A DNA stretch of 64,000 bases from Pristiophorus japonicus (lineage: Eukaryota): contig NC_091985.1 of assembly GCF_044704955.1 (NCBI RefSeq), positions 59,706,001 through 59,770,000 on the forward strand. Reading direction: 5' to 3'. The notes under the pieces are model-generated. The model ran no database searches. It was not told the DNA's origin and worked only from the letters and a program-made list of their open reading frames with translations. This document shows, piece by piece, positions 1 to 11,759 of this stretch. Numbering within the stretch: the first letter of the stretch is position 1; each line of letters begins with the position of its first letter. Position numbers and translations under genes: made by a program.

Positions 1-344
1 AAAAAAAAAGGTGCTTTAATAGGGTTAAAAATAAACTTACTTTAATGGACAGGGTTTTTAATATAAAAATGCATGATTAAATTTAATTTTTCTATGTTTT
101 AAAAGTGTTATGCTGGTAAAAGTAAGCTAAACGCCTGCTTTTACCAGGCAGGAATGTTTAAAGGACATTCACTGGGCAAGAGTTGGGCTAATAGGCCAAT
201 CTCTGTCCCGCGGATGTCCTTCCTGCGGGGATGCGTAGAATCTGTCTAAAGAAATGTTGACAGATTGGAAAAGCCGGTTTTTGCGAGGCCTTGCGGGTGT
301 GTGCGCACTTTGTACGCACCCGGCGAGGCCACAATTTTCGGCCC
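1..344. mobile_element. Right end of a non-autonomous Harbinger-like DNA element (runs off the window start)
   Basis: Ends in ...CACAATTTTCGGCCC at 344, which resembles the GGGCnnAAnTTT terminal inverted repeats of the other Harbinger-type elements in the window. Confidence 0.5.
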
Positions 345-359
345 ACTAAAGTAATATTT

Positions 360-515
360 GAACATTTATCGCATTGCTGTTTGTGGGACTTTACCAAAAT
401 GGACTGCCATGTTTGCCTACATTACAACAGTGACCATACTTCAAAAGTACTTCATTGGATATGAAACAATGTGAGACATCCTGAGGATATGAATAGTACA
501 ATGCAAGTTCTTTCT
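360..515 (+). mobile_element. DeuSINE/SacSINE1-like SINE, 3' part
   Basis: CATTGCTGTTTGTGGGA...CCTACATTACAACAGTGAC...AAAAGTACTTCATTGG...ATGCAAGTTCTTT; the same block recurs at about 23780, 26500 and 27340. Confidence 0.7.
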
Positions 516-550
516 GCAGTTTAGCTTGAGTACACATAGAATCATAGAAA

Positions 551-1053
551 TCTACAAGGCACAAGTCAGGAATACTCTCTACTTGCCTGGATGAGTTCAG
601 CATCAACAACACTCCAAGAAGCTCAACACCATCCAGGACAAAGCTGCGCGCTTGAGTGGTACCCCATCCACCACCGTCAGCATTCACTCCTTCAACCACC
701 GGCGCACCACGGCTGCAGTGTGTACCATCTACAAGATGCACTGCAGCAACTCGCCACAGCTTCTTCGGCAGCACCTCCCAAACCGAGCCCTCTACCATCT
801 AGAAGGACAAGGGTAGCCGGCGCACGGGAGTTCCATCACCTGCAAGTTCCCCTACAAGTTACACACCATCCTGACATATATCACCGTTCCTTCAAGTCGC
901 TGGGTCAAAATCCTGGAACTCCCTCCCTAACAGCACTGTGGGAGGACTGCAGCGGTTCAAGAAGGTGGCTCACATCCACCTTCGCAAGGGCAATTAGTGA
1001 TGAACAATAAATGCTGGCCTTGCCAGAAACGCCCACATCCTGGACTGAATAAA
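551..1053 (+). mobile_element. 3' end of a CR1-related (Zenon-like) LINE
   Basis: YKAQVR...AWMSS-type RT C-terminus; 3' tail GGGCAATTAG...AATAAATGCTGGCCTTGCCAG...CACATCC...GAATAAAAA, shared with 8383-9380 and 45945-46215. Confidence 0.7.
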
Positions 1054-1082
1054 AAGAGGAAGTGGAAGAGGAGGAAGCGGAA

Positions 1083-1720
1083 TGTAGGGTGATTGTTTTG
1101 TTCACTCTACTCTGATTCTTAGACCTTGAAACTTATAGTGGGAAAGGACAACACGTGGCACAAAATTTTAAGCTTAACACAGTGTTCGTTTTATTACGCA
1201 GCAAAAACCGACTAAAAACTACAGGACTAGACTGCTGAGAGAAATTGACCTAAGACATACAATCACCAGCCCTGGCTGTAGCTCTTCTTCTGTCCGTTCT
1301 CTGCAGTGCCTGCTTGCTGTTTCTTTTTGTGTTCTTCCTCCTGCTTCTGTTTTAGCTGTTGCTTCCTCTGTTTTTCCTCCTGCTTCTGCTTAACTATTTT
1401 GTGTGCCTGTGTCCATATATTTATATCCAGGTTTTGAATAAGTTTCCCGCTGTGATGAAATTCGATTATCGATCCGTTTAACTGGTTGGTCCTTTGTTGT
1501 TTGATCTTATTACAGACTTGGTGTCTCCAGTGGGTTTGTTTTCCCCACCCTGGTCAATCAAGTTCAGGGTCTCACGTAACAACTCCATTGTTGTTATGCA
1601 TGAATTCAGTTTTGGTTCCTGACCACAGGATGTCCTTAATTGTCCAGTTTAATTCCAAAGCTTGTATCAATCAATTTTTAGTTCATGGTCTGCATTTTTC
1701 TGAAGATTAGTAACCTTATA
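1083..1720 (-). repeat. 3' LTR (~638 bp)
   Basis: Preceded by purine-rich AAAAGTAGGGAT (PPT-like, 1721-1732). TATAAA at 1425-1420 and AATAAA at 1195-1190 are in the expected order on minus. Ends in CA. Confidence 0.8.
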
Positions 1721-1989
1721 ATCCCTACTTTTAATATCTTTTATAATAAACTCAGAGAGACATTATTCTGGGTGGCATCTTCTTTTTCCACGAGCATTTT
1801 GAACGATTGCAGCCTTCAGTCAAATCTCCCCATTACATTTCTTTTTACACACAAAACCCAATGTTTTTACAATACGACAGTGTTTCTTACAACAAAACCA
1901 TGTTTGGTCTTATTCTGACTTCGGTTTATACCATTTTTACAAACACTTCGGCCTGGGTTTACTTTAATAAACTTTCCAGATTCCCTTTT

Positions 1990-3701
1990 CTCATCCTTTT
2001 CTTTAATTGACAGGACAAGTAGATACAACACTATTATCAACTGTACAATTACTGATGAGTGTAATATGATTCAAACCCGGGGGGGATTTCATCGTGGAAG
2101 GGCCATCATTTCCTCGATTTCTCCCCTTACTTTATCATTCTCCTGCTGTAACATGTAATAATGTTTGTGGGACAGCTCGATGTTAATAGTTCAGTCAGAT
2201 GTTCGGGTAACGGAGGATATCGTATCCAAAATGCATATGTATTCCTGGAGATTCGGTAAAGTACCGTTGACTGTGATACTTATGTGTTTGTGGTCTGAAA
2301 TAGGAATGATCCTTTCTTGTGCTACTTGTGTCTCTACCTGGGGTTTGAAACAAAAGGTAGACTCCCTCACTGGACACCAAGTGTCCTGGTGTATTCTACA
2401 CCAACTTTCGCTGATGGTGACACAGTTTGTCCCGTTTCCCTTATACGCAACCTGTGGCGGAACATGGTCGTGAGCCATCACTTCCATGATCCAGCTTATA
2501 GGTGGCCGGTCCTCGCATTTAAACCCACATACCGGCCGGCCGAAAGGATTCAGATGATAGGGGCACAGTATCACATGTGTACCCCCTCTCTGGCATCCCT
2601 CCAGACTAGCACCGGTTATTGAGTCTCCGAATTTTACCACATACTGCGAGATTTTATGATGTTTCACATGTATCCCATTCCGAATTAGCCCAATGTTTTC
2701 CACCCGGTATACCAGTACGGGTCGTTGTGACTGATCCAACACTGGTATTCAATGCACTATTCCCATTATGGATTGTTTATTTTGACCACAGTTGACCGGC
2801 ACTGGATAGGCTTCGGAGGCTGACCGTAGCTGGCACGAATTTAGGAGGTTTTTATAGACACTCAATGCTTTTAGATGCTTGTTGCTGACCCACGACCATA
2901 CGTGGCCTTGTTTTAAATCCTCTAAATTACTGCGTCCTTCATTTAACAACCAAGCTCCGTACATAACACACACGTCAATCTGAGCAGCTTGATCTGACGC
3001 GTTTCTACCCTCCTTGATTAAAGCATTGATGGTCTGAGCGTGTTTTTCCACCTCAGCTACCATTTCTTTCAAATGAATTGTCATTGCCTGGTCCTCCTGT
3101 AATTTATTACCCTCTATATCGCTACCCTCCTCCAGTATTTACTTTAACTGGTTCCTTAAGGTATTGACTTGGATTTGCAACTGCGCGTTGTCCATACTAA
3201 TTACCAGTGATGTCCCAGTATTAAATGCTGCAGCTACATCACTCATTAGCCCCCTGTTCCGTCTCGGTCTGCACGCTTCCCCCTGACTCGCGTCCCCGTA
3301 ATTTTTTTGATAGAATTGTTTGAACATTTCCCTTAACAATTTTTCATATAACTTTTCTGTTTCTGGCAGGCACCACCAGGGTAATTGTAACTCTGTTAAA
3401 TTTAGAATAAATGACGCTACTTCATAATATACAGAATGATACATTTTCCCTGTTGGGATTAACGCCAGCCCATTCTTAGGCCCGGGTTTTAGGACAGAAC
3501 ATAGAATTTCTTGGTTTGGAATCGCCAGCATTTTAGGAAGAGGTTTTAATTTGCTCGCGATCAGCTCGGTTGCATTGACTGTTTTAGGAGGATCTGGGAC
3601 CACACAGACATTGGGCCTCAAACCCACACAGCTGGTGGGACTCAAACCCACACAGGCGAGACGCTGGGCCTCAAACCCATGCAAACAATGTACGTGTAGC
3701 C
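1990..3701 (-). pseudogene. env-like class I viral fusion glycoprotein pseudogene (F-protein-like)
   Basis: ORFs 3139-3705, 2749-3084 and 2191-2742 are in one frame, broken only by stop codons. It shows a basic cleavage site RPRRNR, a fusion-peptide-like GLMSDVAAAFNTGTSLVISM, a long heptad helix, a Cys-rich domain, N-glycosylation sequons, a second helix (YYMLQQENDKVRGEIEEM) and a hydrophobic IILHSSVIVQLIIVVV segment near 2020-2070. Confidence 0.85.
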
Positions 3702-4019
3702 TCAATCAATTTTTAGGTCATGATCTGCATTTTTCTGAAGATTAATAACCTTGCAGTAAGGGAGGAGGCAACCCAGACAGCCCTTTCTGCCCAGGCTGTC
3801 CATGATCGGCTCATCCAACTGCAGTTCCAGTAAACGCAACCTTAATTCCACATTCACCAATAGTCCCACGCCCTACCATCCCTCTGAAACGGACCATCAC
3901 ACTGACCTCTTGGTCACAATGGTGAAATGAAAGCTACCACAAAAACCAACATTCCAAATCAACTTTATTCATCAATCCATGCAGTATTATATAAAAAAGT
4001 CAACTAATCACTCTTGTGC

Positions 4020-5262
4020 CCTCCCTTAGTGCCTGTCTTCCGTGTGCCTTTGCCTGTCCCAGTGCTCCTACGCAATGCTACCCCAGCGGCTGCACAATGG
4101 CTGGTGGAAGGCTGCTGCCTTTCAGTTGGGGAGACTGCAGATGGCCTTGCAGGATAACATCAAGCAGCTGTTGGCTTAGAAGACCCGGCTATAGACTGCT
4201 TCACCTCAGCATGGCGGCAGTAGTCTGGGTCGGCTGGCTGATAGGCAACAGCAAGGGCACTGGCAGAGTGGCAGTGGTGGGAGCACGAATGCTGTCATCC
4301 TGAGAGGACAGCAGGATGGTGCTCCACGGAGCCACAGCCACTCCTCCAGGTCGGCACCTCAGCAATCCTAGTAATCTGTTGGAGGACAGATTGCTGTGAC
4401 ACCCTGAAAGCCCTTTTCAACACTGGTAAGCACAGCCACAATGTCAGCAGTCTGAGCTTGTGTGGCAGCAAGCTGAGCCTGCAGGAGAGCATTCTGAGCT
4501 TCCACTGCAGCATGCAGATGTTGCGTCGTTTCCACCTGTGCTGCAATGCAATCTGAGTCTTCGGCCATCAGATCCTGCATCATGGTTGGGTACAGAAGTG
4601 TGGTAATGGAGTTGGCCATCAATTCCATGCAGGAAATCATGGTCTCCAAGCTCTGCGCAAAGCCCTGTACAAAGTTGATGCCGGACTCCTCCATGCTCCT
4701 TGATATTGCACTCGGGCTTTCTGGCAAGCCTGGCAATGCTCCGAGCATTTCAGTGTGCATATCAATCAGTCTGCTTCTGTAAGCTGCCCCATTAAATTTC
4801 TCATCCGTGCTCTCTGCAGCAGAATTCGTGTGCGATCTCACCCTCTGAGGAGCTGGCACCTGCGCTACCTTTTTCCCCCTGCCCTGGCTGCAGGCTACTC
4901 TTGCCCGCTGTCTCACCAAGTGCAGATCTCCCGTGTAATCTATCCTCTAAAGTATGCGGAGTGTCAGTATCAGAGCTGGTGGCTGGGAGTGTAAAATTGA
5001 GTGACTCTGTGTATTGTTGATTACTTTCTTTCTGCTCCTCCACCAGTGCCTGGCCAAGTGGCAGATCTTGGCTATTTGAAAGCACAAGGCACAATGAAAA
5101 AGGCACAACGATAAAGTTGTGGTGATTGGAGGGGGGCAGCGGAAAGCAAGAGATGCATACTTACACCATATACAACTTGTAAATCAGAGATAGTGGGATG
5201 AGGGGATGTGAGAAGCAGGATTAGGTATGAGGACACCATCATCTTGGATATCAAATCCATGC
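4020..5262 (-). pseudogene. Harbinger Myb/SANT-partner gene remnant (C-terminal exons)
   Basis: ORF 4368-4919 (RSHTNSAA...YRSRLIDMHTEMLGAL..LPES...SRSMEES) is homologous to 44560-44900 on +. It converges on the transposase tail, as in Harbingers. Confidence 0.7.
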
Positions 5263-5265
5263 TGA

Positions 5266-5480
5266 CTGTCCTTGATTAATCCATGTCTTTCTAAATGAAG
5301 ATTTATCCTGTCCCTCAAAAATTTTCCTATAATTTTCCCACCATCGAGATTAGGCTGACTGGCCTGTAATTATCAATCTATCCCCTTCGCCCTTTTTAAA
5401 CAAAGGTACAATGTTAGCAGTCCTCCAGCAGCACACCTGTAGCCAGAGAGGATTGGAAAATGGTCAGTGCCTCTGCTCAG
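5266..5480 (-). mobile_element. CR1 LINE fragment
   Basis: Reverse of the NVxPLFKKG..DNYRPVSLTS CR1 RT motif. Confidence 0.65.
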
Positions 5481-5987
5481 TAAGCTTTTTACTAGCACTT
5501 GACCATTAGTGGCTCCCTTAAACCAACCCTCCACATAATACCATAGATTCCTAAGCATACTTTTTTTCTGCAGTAATGACTAGTTTTACAATCATATAAT
5601 TGTGATGTTTTTGAGCATCACAATACATACATTCCAGACCCTATCTGGAAGCCATGTAGCCTCCTGGAAGAGGCGAAAAGATGGATTAAAAACCCAAGGC
5701 CAATTCGGGAAATAATCTGCAGGATCCTCTCCAACCACCAACTGATGATCAAAACCAGTCCAAGAGACCACTCTGGCCTTGATTAATGTTATATGGTACC
5801 TACCTCTTGTACAAGCTGATCTCCACCCCAGACAGAAACATCGTATTGAATTCCTGTAAACTTTTTCCATTAGAAATTCTTATGTTCACATTTATAATGT
5901 AAACTCTTATGTAAACTAATCGCAATGTAATTGCGCTCTCCTGCCAATGGCGTCAAGGTAGCACCTTGATTTTGCATCTCCTAGCTT

Positions 5988-6195
5988 GAACTACAACAAC
6001 TTGCATTTATATAGTGCCTTTAATGTAGTAAAACACCCCATGGCACTGCACAGGAGCATTATCAACAAATTTCACACCAAGCCACATAACGAGATATTCG
6101 GACAGATGACCAATAGCTTGGTCAAAGAGGTAGGTTTTAAGGAGCGTCTTAAAGGAAAGGTAGAGAAGTGGAGGGGTTTAAGAGAGGGAATTCTG
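5988..6195 (-). mobile_element. L2 LINE 3' end
   Basis: ACAACAACTTGCATTTATATAGTGCCTTTAATGTAGTAAAA is the reverse of the L2 tail at 47680-47720 and 63770-63810. Confidence 0.7.
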
Positions 6196-6569
6196 GAAGT
6201 TCTACTGAGAAACTCCTATGGTGCAGCCAACTCTAAGTTCCCTGCTTTCCAAATTGCCATTCATTTTTATGTAAAGCTTTGATAAACCTTAAGACTAATG
6301 TATGACTTTAAAGCAGAGAATTAATTGCTTTTGCACACCCTGGTCAATTACCCTTCCCCACCTCTCCCAAACTCCTTGGTCTTCACTCCCTGTCTACAAT
6401 GCCATGGAACTAGACTACATAGACTACTATACACATAGAAATTTTGAATGTGCAGCTATTACAAAAATGAGCAGTACTTCATGAATGACAATTTTCACTT
6501 TCAGGATTGGATGGGTCCATACTACACAGATTACACAGTGACTAAACACCAAAGCAAAACACTGTGTGC

Positions 6570-6712
6570 TGATGCTGGAAATCTGAAATAACAACAGAAA
6601 ATGCTGGAAACACTCAGCAGGTCAGGCAGCATCTGAGGGGAGAGAAACAGAGTTAACGTTTCAGGTCAATGACATTTCATTAGACCTTTCCAGCATTTTC
6701 TGTTTTATTTTA
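6570..6712. repeat. Short palindromic repeat (Penelope-derived-like shark repeat)
   Basis: AAATAACAACAGAAAATGCTGG ... CCAGCATTTTCTGTTTTATTT form inverted arms. Confidence 0.45.
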
Positions 6713-7184
6713 GTGTATAACTAAACATGTATCAGTCAGTCTTGTTGAAAATGACTAAAAACTAAATTTAATAAATGCTTTGTTTATTAAATGATTAAGC
6801 ATCCCGATGCCTCAGCTGGTTAAGGCAGTGAATAACTGAACCTTATAAACCATGAGTTTCAAGGTTCCATCCCTGGTCTCTGTTGAATTAACTGATGTCA
6901 GACATGGAAATAAGAGGTCCTCCAATTGGCCAAAGTAGCCCTAGTTTAGGGATTCCTCTGCTGTATTGCCACACTTATCCTCCACTCCTTTGACACTGGA
7001 ATACTCCTATACCTCACTTCATACAGTGCATTGGTGGCCATGTTTACACCCACGACATCAATGCCCAATGGAACTGCATCCTTAAATCCCTCCACTTCCT
7101 CCCTCTGTTCACAAACTTCTGCAAAATCAGTCTCTTCAACCACATCTTTATTTATCCGAAAATGTTTACATTTTCCCTTTTTCC

Positions 7185-7790
7185 CTGTATGGCTCAGAGA
7201 CATGGATCATGTACAGTAGACACTTCAAGTCGTTGGAGAAATACCACCAACGATGTCTCCACAAGATCCTACAAATCCCCTGGGAGGACAGACGCACCAA
7301 CATTAGCATCCTCATTCAGGCTAACATCCCCAGCATTGAAGCACTGATCACACTTGACCACAATGGGCAGGCCACATTGTTCGCATGCCAGACACGAGAC
7401 TCCCAAAGCAAGCGCTCTACTCGGAACTCCTTCACGGCAAACAAGCCAAAGGTGGGCAGTGGAAACGTTACAAGGACACCCTCAAAGCCTCCCTGATAAA
7501 GTGCAACATCCCCACTGACACCTGGGAGTCCCTGGCCAAAGATCTCTCTAAGTGGAGGAATTGCATCCGGGAGGGCACTGAGCACCTTGAGTCTCGTCGT
7601 CGAGAGCATGCAGAAATCAAGTGCAGGCAGCAGAAAGAGCGTGCGACAAACCAGTCCCACCCACCCCTTCCCTCAACGACTATCTGTCCCACCTGTGACA
7701 GAGACTGTGGTTCAGCCATCTAAGAACTCATTTTAAGAGTGGAAGCAAGTCTTCCTCAATTCCGAGGGACTGCCTATGATAATGATGATT
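7185..7790 (+). mobile_element. RTE-clade LINE 3' fragment
   Basis: EKYHQRCLHKILQIPWEDRRTN; MPDTRLPKQALYSEL..GK...GGQWKRYKDTLKASL; CPTCDRDC zinc knuckle; (GAT)n tail. Confidence 0.9.
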
Positions 7791-8382
7791 TCCCCCTCCT
7801 GCCAGCATCCACTGTTTTTCCTCAATCCTGCAAAACAGCTATCATTGCACTAGCGAGAAGAAAAGAGCACCAAGATAGAACATAAGTCTGCAACCCCACC
7901 ATAGCACTTTTTTGTGTGGAGGAATTCAATGTAAAGGTCTGGGAGACAGTAAAGTATGAGGCAATTTTGCATAAAAAAATCTCACAGTTTAGTGACTACC
8001 TTGAGAGTAGAACAAAGACCAAATAAACAGCTAACGATCCTGACTGTTAGCAAGTGTGGCTTGGGTAACGGCCATGCACAGATATGCATTAATCAGGTAT
8101 ACTTAGCAAGAATGACCAGAGGAAGGCTGGATTGAATGTTGGGAGCAGAGTGTCAACTGGAAGTCTTTATTATCATATATTCATTTTTGGAGGTCCAAAT
8201 TGTTTCTAACTAGATTAGGTACTAGAAAATATCTGTGTCAAACTAAGTTTTTAGGAATAATAGTTGGGCTACTTTCCTCAGGTGTGTGACCTTCCACTCT
8301 CAACTCACTGTCAAAGTAGGTAGAAGATATACTTGATAACCAAGGTAATTTTCAAACCTCAGTTCATACTGTTATACTTAAA

Positions 8383-9380
8383 AAAAAATTCATTCATGGG
8401 ATGTGGTTGACGTTGGCAAGGCCAGCATTTATTTCCCATTCCTAATTGCTCACGAGAAGGTGGTGGTGAGCAGTCTTCTTGAACCGCTGCAGTCCGTGTG
8501 GTTAAGGTACTCTCACAGTGCTGTTAATAAGGAAGTTCCAGGATTTTGACACAGCGATGACGAAGAAATGGTTATATATTTCCAAGTCAGGATGGTGTGT
8601 AACTTGAAGGGGGACTTGCAGGGATGGTGTTCCCATGCGCCTGCTGCCCATGTCCTTCTAGGTGGTAGAGGTCGCGGGCTTGGGAGGTGTTGCCGAAGAA
8701 GCTTTGGCGAGTTGCTGCAATGAATCTTGTAGATGGTACACACTGCAACCACGTGCACTGGTTGTGCAGAGAGTGAATGTTTAAGGTGGTGGATGGGGCA
8801 CCAAACAAGCGGGCTGCTTTGGGCTGGATGGTGTTGGGCTTCTTGAGTGTTGTTGGAGTTGCACTCATCCAGGCAAGTGGAGAGTATTCCACCACACTCC
8901 TGACTTGTGCCTTGTAGACGGTAGAAAGGCTTTGGGGAATCACGAGGTGATGCACTCGCTGCAGAATACCCAGCCACTGACCTGCGCTTGTTGACAAAGT
9001 ATTTATGTGGCTGGTCCAGTTAAGTTTCTAGTCAATGGTGACCCCCCCCCAGGATGTTGATGGTGGGAGATTCGGCGATGGTAATGCCGTTGAATGTCAA
9101 GGGGCGGGGGTTAGACTCTCACTTGTTGGAGATAGTCATTGCCTGGCGCTTGCGTGGTGCGAATGTCACTTGTCACTTATCAGAACAAGCCTGAATGTTT
9201 TCCAAGTCTTGCTGCATGTGGGCATGGACTACTTCATTATCTGAGGAGTTGTGAATGGCACTGAACACTGTGCAGTCATCAGTGAACATCCCCACTTCTG
9301 ACCTTATGATGGAGGGAAGGTCATTAATGAAGCAGCTGAAGATGGTTGGGCCTAGGACACGACACTGAGGAACTCCTGCA
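8383..9380 (-). mobile_element. CR1-related (Zenon-like) LINE, 3' half (RT C-terminus and tail)
   Basis: ORF 8587-8997 reads VYKAQVRSVVEYSPLAWMSATPTTLKK; the tail matches 551-1053. Confidence 0.8.
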
Positions 9381-9383
9381 GGA

Positions 9384-10165
9384 ATGGTAACATAGTGGTT
9401 ATGTTATTGTACTAGTAATCCAGAATGTTCCAGAGACGCGAGTTCAAATCCCGCCACGGCAGCTGGGGAATTTAAATTCAGTTAATGAAATAAATCTGGA
9501 ATAAACTGAATTGGTGACCATGAAACTATCGGATTGTCGTAAAAACCCATCTGGTTCACTAATGTTCTTTAGGGAAGGAAATCTGCTGTCCTTACCTGGT
9601 CTGGCCTATATGTGACTCCAGACCCACAGCAATGTGGTTGACTCTTAACTGGCCTCTGAAGTGGCCTAGCAAGTCACTCAGTTGTAACAAACCGCTACAA
9701 AAAACAATAAGAATAAAACCTGACGGACCACCCGGCATCCACCTCGGCACCGGCTACAGACACGACAACGGTACACCCAGCCCAGTCGACCCTGCAAAGT
9801 CCACCTCACCAACATCTGGGGACTTGTGCCAAAATTGAGAGAGCTGTCCCACAGACTAGTCAAACAACAGCCTGACATTGTCATACTCACGGAATCATAC
9901 CTTTCAGCCAATGTCTCAAACTCCTCCATCACCATCCCTGGAATGTCCTCTCCCATGGCAGGACAGCGCCACCACAGATGGTGGCACAGTGGTATACAGT
10001 TGGGAGGGAGTGGCCCTGGGAGTCCTCAACATTGACTCCGGACCCCATGAAGTCTCATGGCTTCAGGTCAAGCATGAGCAAGGAAACCTCCTGCTGATTA
10101 CCACCTACCGCCCTCCCTCAGCTGATGAATCAGTACTCCTCCATGTTGAACACTAGTTGGAAGAA
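9384..10165 (+). mobile_element. tRNA-derived SINE-like head followed by a LINE AP-endonuclease N-terminus
   Basis: A-box-like TGGTAACATAGTGG, B-box GTTCAAATCCC and a central GGTTCACTAATGTT...GGAAGGAAATCTGCTGTCCTTACCTGGTCTGGCCT block, then NIWGLVPK..PDIVILTESYL..GGTVVY..TTYRPPS. Confidence 0.75.
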
Positions 10166-10329
10166 GGAGTCGTGAATGGTGGTATACTGAACCATCAACT
10201 GTGCATATTTGCATAATGTCATAACATAATAAAATATCCTAAGATGCTGAACATGAGAGATATTTAGACTCAGAAGATTTAGGACAGATGGCTGAAAGTA
10301 GCCAAACAGTAGCAAAATTACCAGGTTTT

Positions 10330-10800
10330 GACGGAATTTTGGAAGTATGAATAGGGAACGGAAATACACCTTAAATGGGAAGATTTTAAATACAGGGGTG
10401 AAGCAGAGGACCTTTGTGTGCACATACACAAGTCATTAAAAGTGGAAGTGCAAGTAGATAAAGCTATAAAAAATGCAAATTGAATAATTTCTCTTGTATT
10501 TAGAAGCATAGGATACAGAAATAAGGAGATAATATTGAACTTGTCTAAAGCTGCAGTTAGGCTACAGTTGGTTGCATGTGGTTTTATGCACCCTATTATA
10601 GAAAGGACATAAAAGCAATGGAAATGGTGCTGTGTTAATAGGTAGGAGAGGTTACAGGTATGAACGTGGTCCATAACTCCTTAGAAAATGATAAATTAGA
10701 CAGTTACTTGAAAAAGGGAAATACTGCAGGGTATGGTGAAGCAAACAAGAAAGTGGGATTAGACATGTTAACTTTTGGAGACTGATACAGTGCTGTAACA
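10330..10800 (+). mobile_element. Highly decayed CR1 3' fragment
   Basis: Remnants of the QRDLGV / GIEYK / RKDI motifs at DNA level. Confidence 0.5.
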
Positions 10801-11759
10801 TTCGGTAAAATTGATCACATTTTCTAGGGTTACTTTTTCAACCAAAAGCAAAAGTCTCAATTCTAATTTGATGCAAAATTAAAAATAGTCATGTGAAATG
10901 TCCTTACAGATGTACTCGGTGCTAGGTTACACTGCAACTTAAATGGCAAAATAGCAAGGTGTAATGTTCTGCTTTATGCTGCTATAAAACCCTCGTGACA
11001 TTGGTCTCAGATCCTGTTTATACAGGTAAAATATATGAAGTGTGAATGGTTTTGGATTTGGTAAAAGCATCCTGATCTACAAGATCTACATAAACAGCTT
11101 GTCAGAATTGCAGTAGGAAAGATATTCATAATTATTCGCATGTTTAAAAAATAACACCATTTTGAATAATTTAATAGGCAATTTAAAAACTGTCAACTTT
11201 AAAGGAGCATTGTTAATGTTGGAAAATCACTGGTATAACTTTCTAAATGTCTCTAAAATGATGCAAGTCATTTTGGGGAAAAAAATCACTGAATCACTGT
11301 TGCGCAACATAAATTAACATGCGGTTATAATTGCTAACAGTCCCTCTTTTATATCATGATGAACAGCCTCATTTATGGCTCTGGCTGTGAAAGGCTTTCA
11401 AGTGACGATTACGTCGATTAAGTCGTGGGAAGAGCTATACTTACTGCGGAAAGGTGTTCAACTGCTTCAGCACTGAAATGAGACAAGCATTCAATCATTT
11501 AACAGTAGTTCTGCACACAGGCATTTTTTCTTAACTTGCTGGCCCATCAAGAGAAAGTGTGTCAGATATGTTACTAATCAATACTATTTTTGACTAGAGT
11601 TGTAGCCCACTGTATTCTCAGTTATCTCTTTCTAATTAATCAACATTTTAGGACATCTCTGATACATTTTCTTATCACTCCAACATTATTAAATTATGTA
11701 ACTTTCAATCTTGATCAACTTTTGAAGTTTTAAAAAGCATATTTGGCCTTATTTTCAAA

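Larger units (their letters stand above)
1083..3755 (-). mobile_element. Internally deleted env-bearing LTR retroelement / endogenous viral element
   Basis: On minus it starts TGCAAGG (3755) and ends CCCTACA (1083). 4-bp flanks GGAA/GTAA look like a TSD with one mismatch. The first ~54 bp (3702-3755) are repeated at about 1667-1720. An env-like frame lies between the two copies. Confidence 0.85.
1054..3833 (+). pseudogene. Harbinger transposase C-terminal remnant, split by the LTR element (pieces 1054-1082 and 3760-3833)
   Basis: The joined flanks read EEVEEEEAE-GRRQPRQP..AQAVHDRLIQLQFQ*, matching the transposase tail seen on the minus strand at about 45520-45610. Confidence 0.65.

Noticed and set aside
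3590-3690. Short spaced repeats resembling a CRISPR array
   Set aside because: Only three imperfect units with tiny spacers, inside an env frame in vertebrate DNA.
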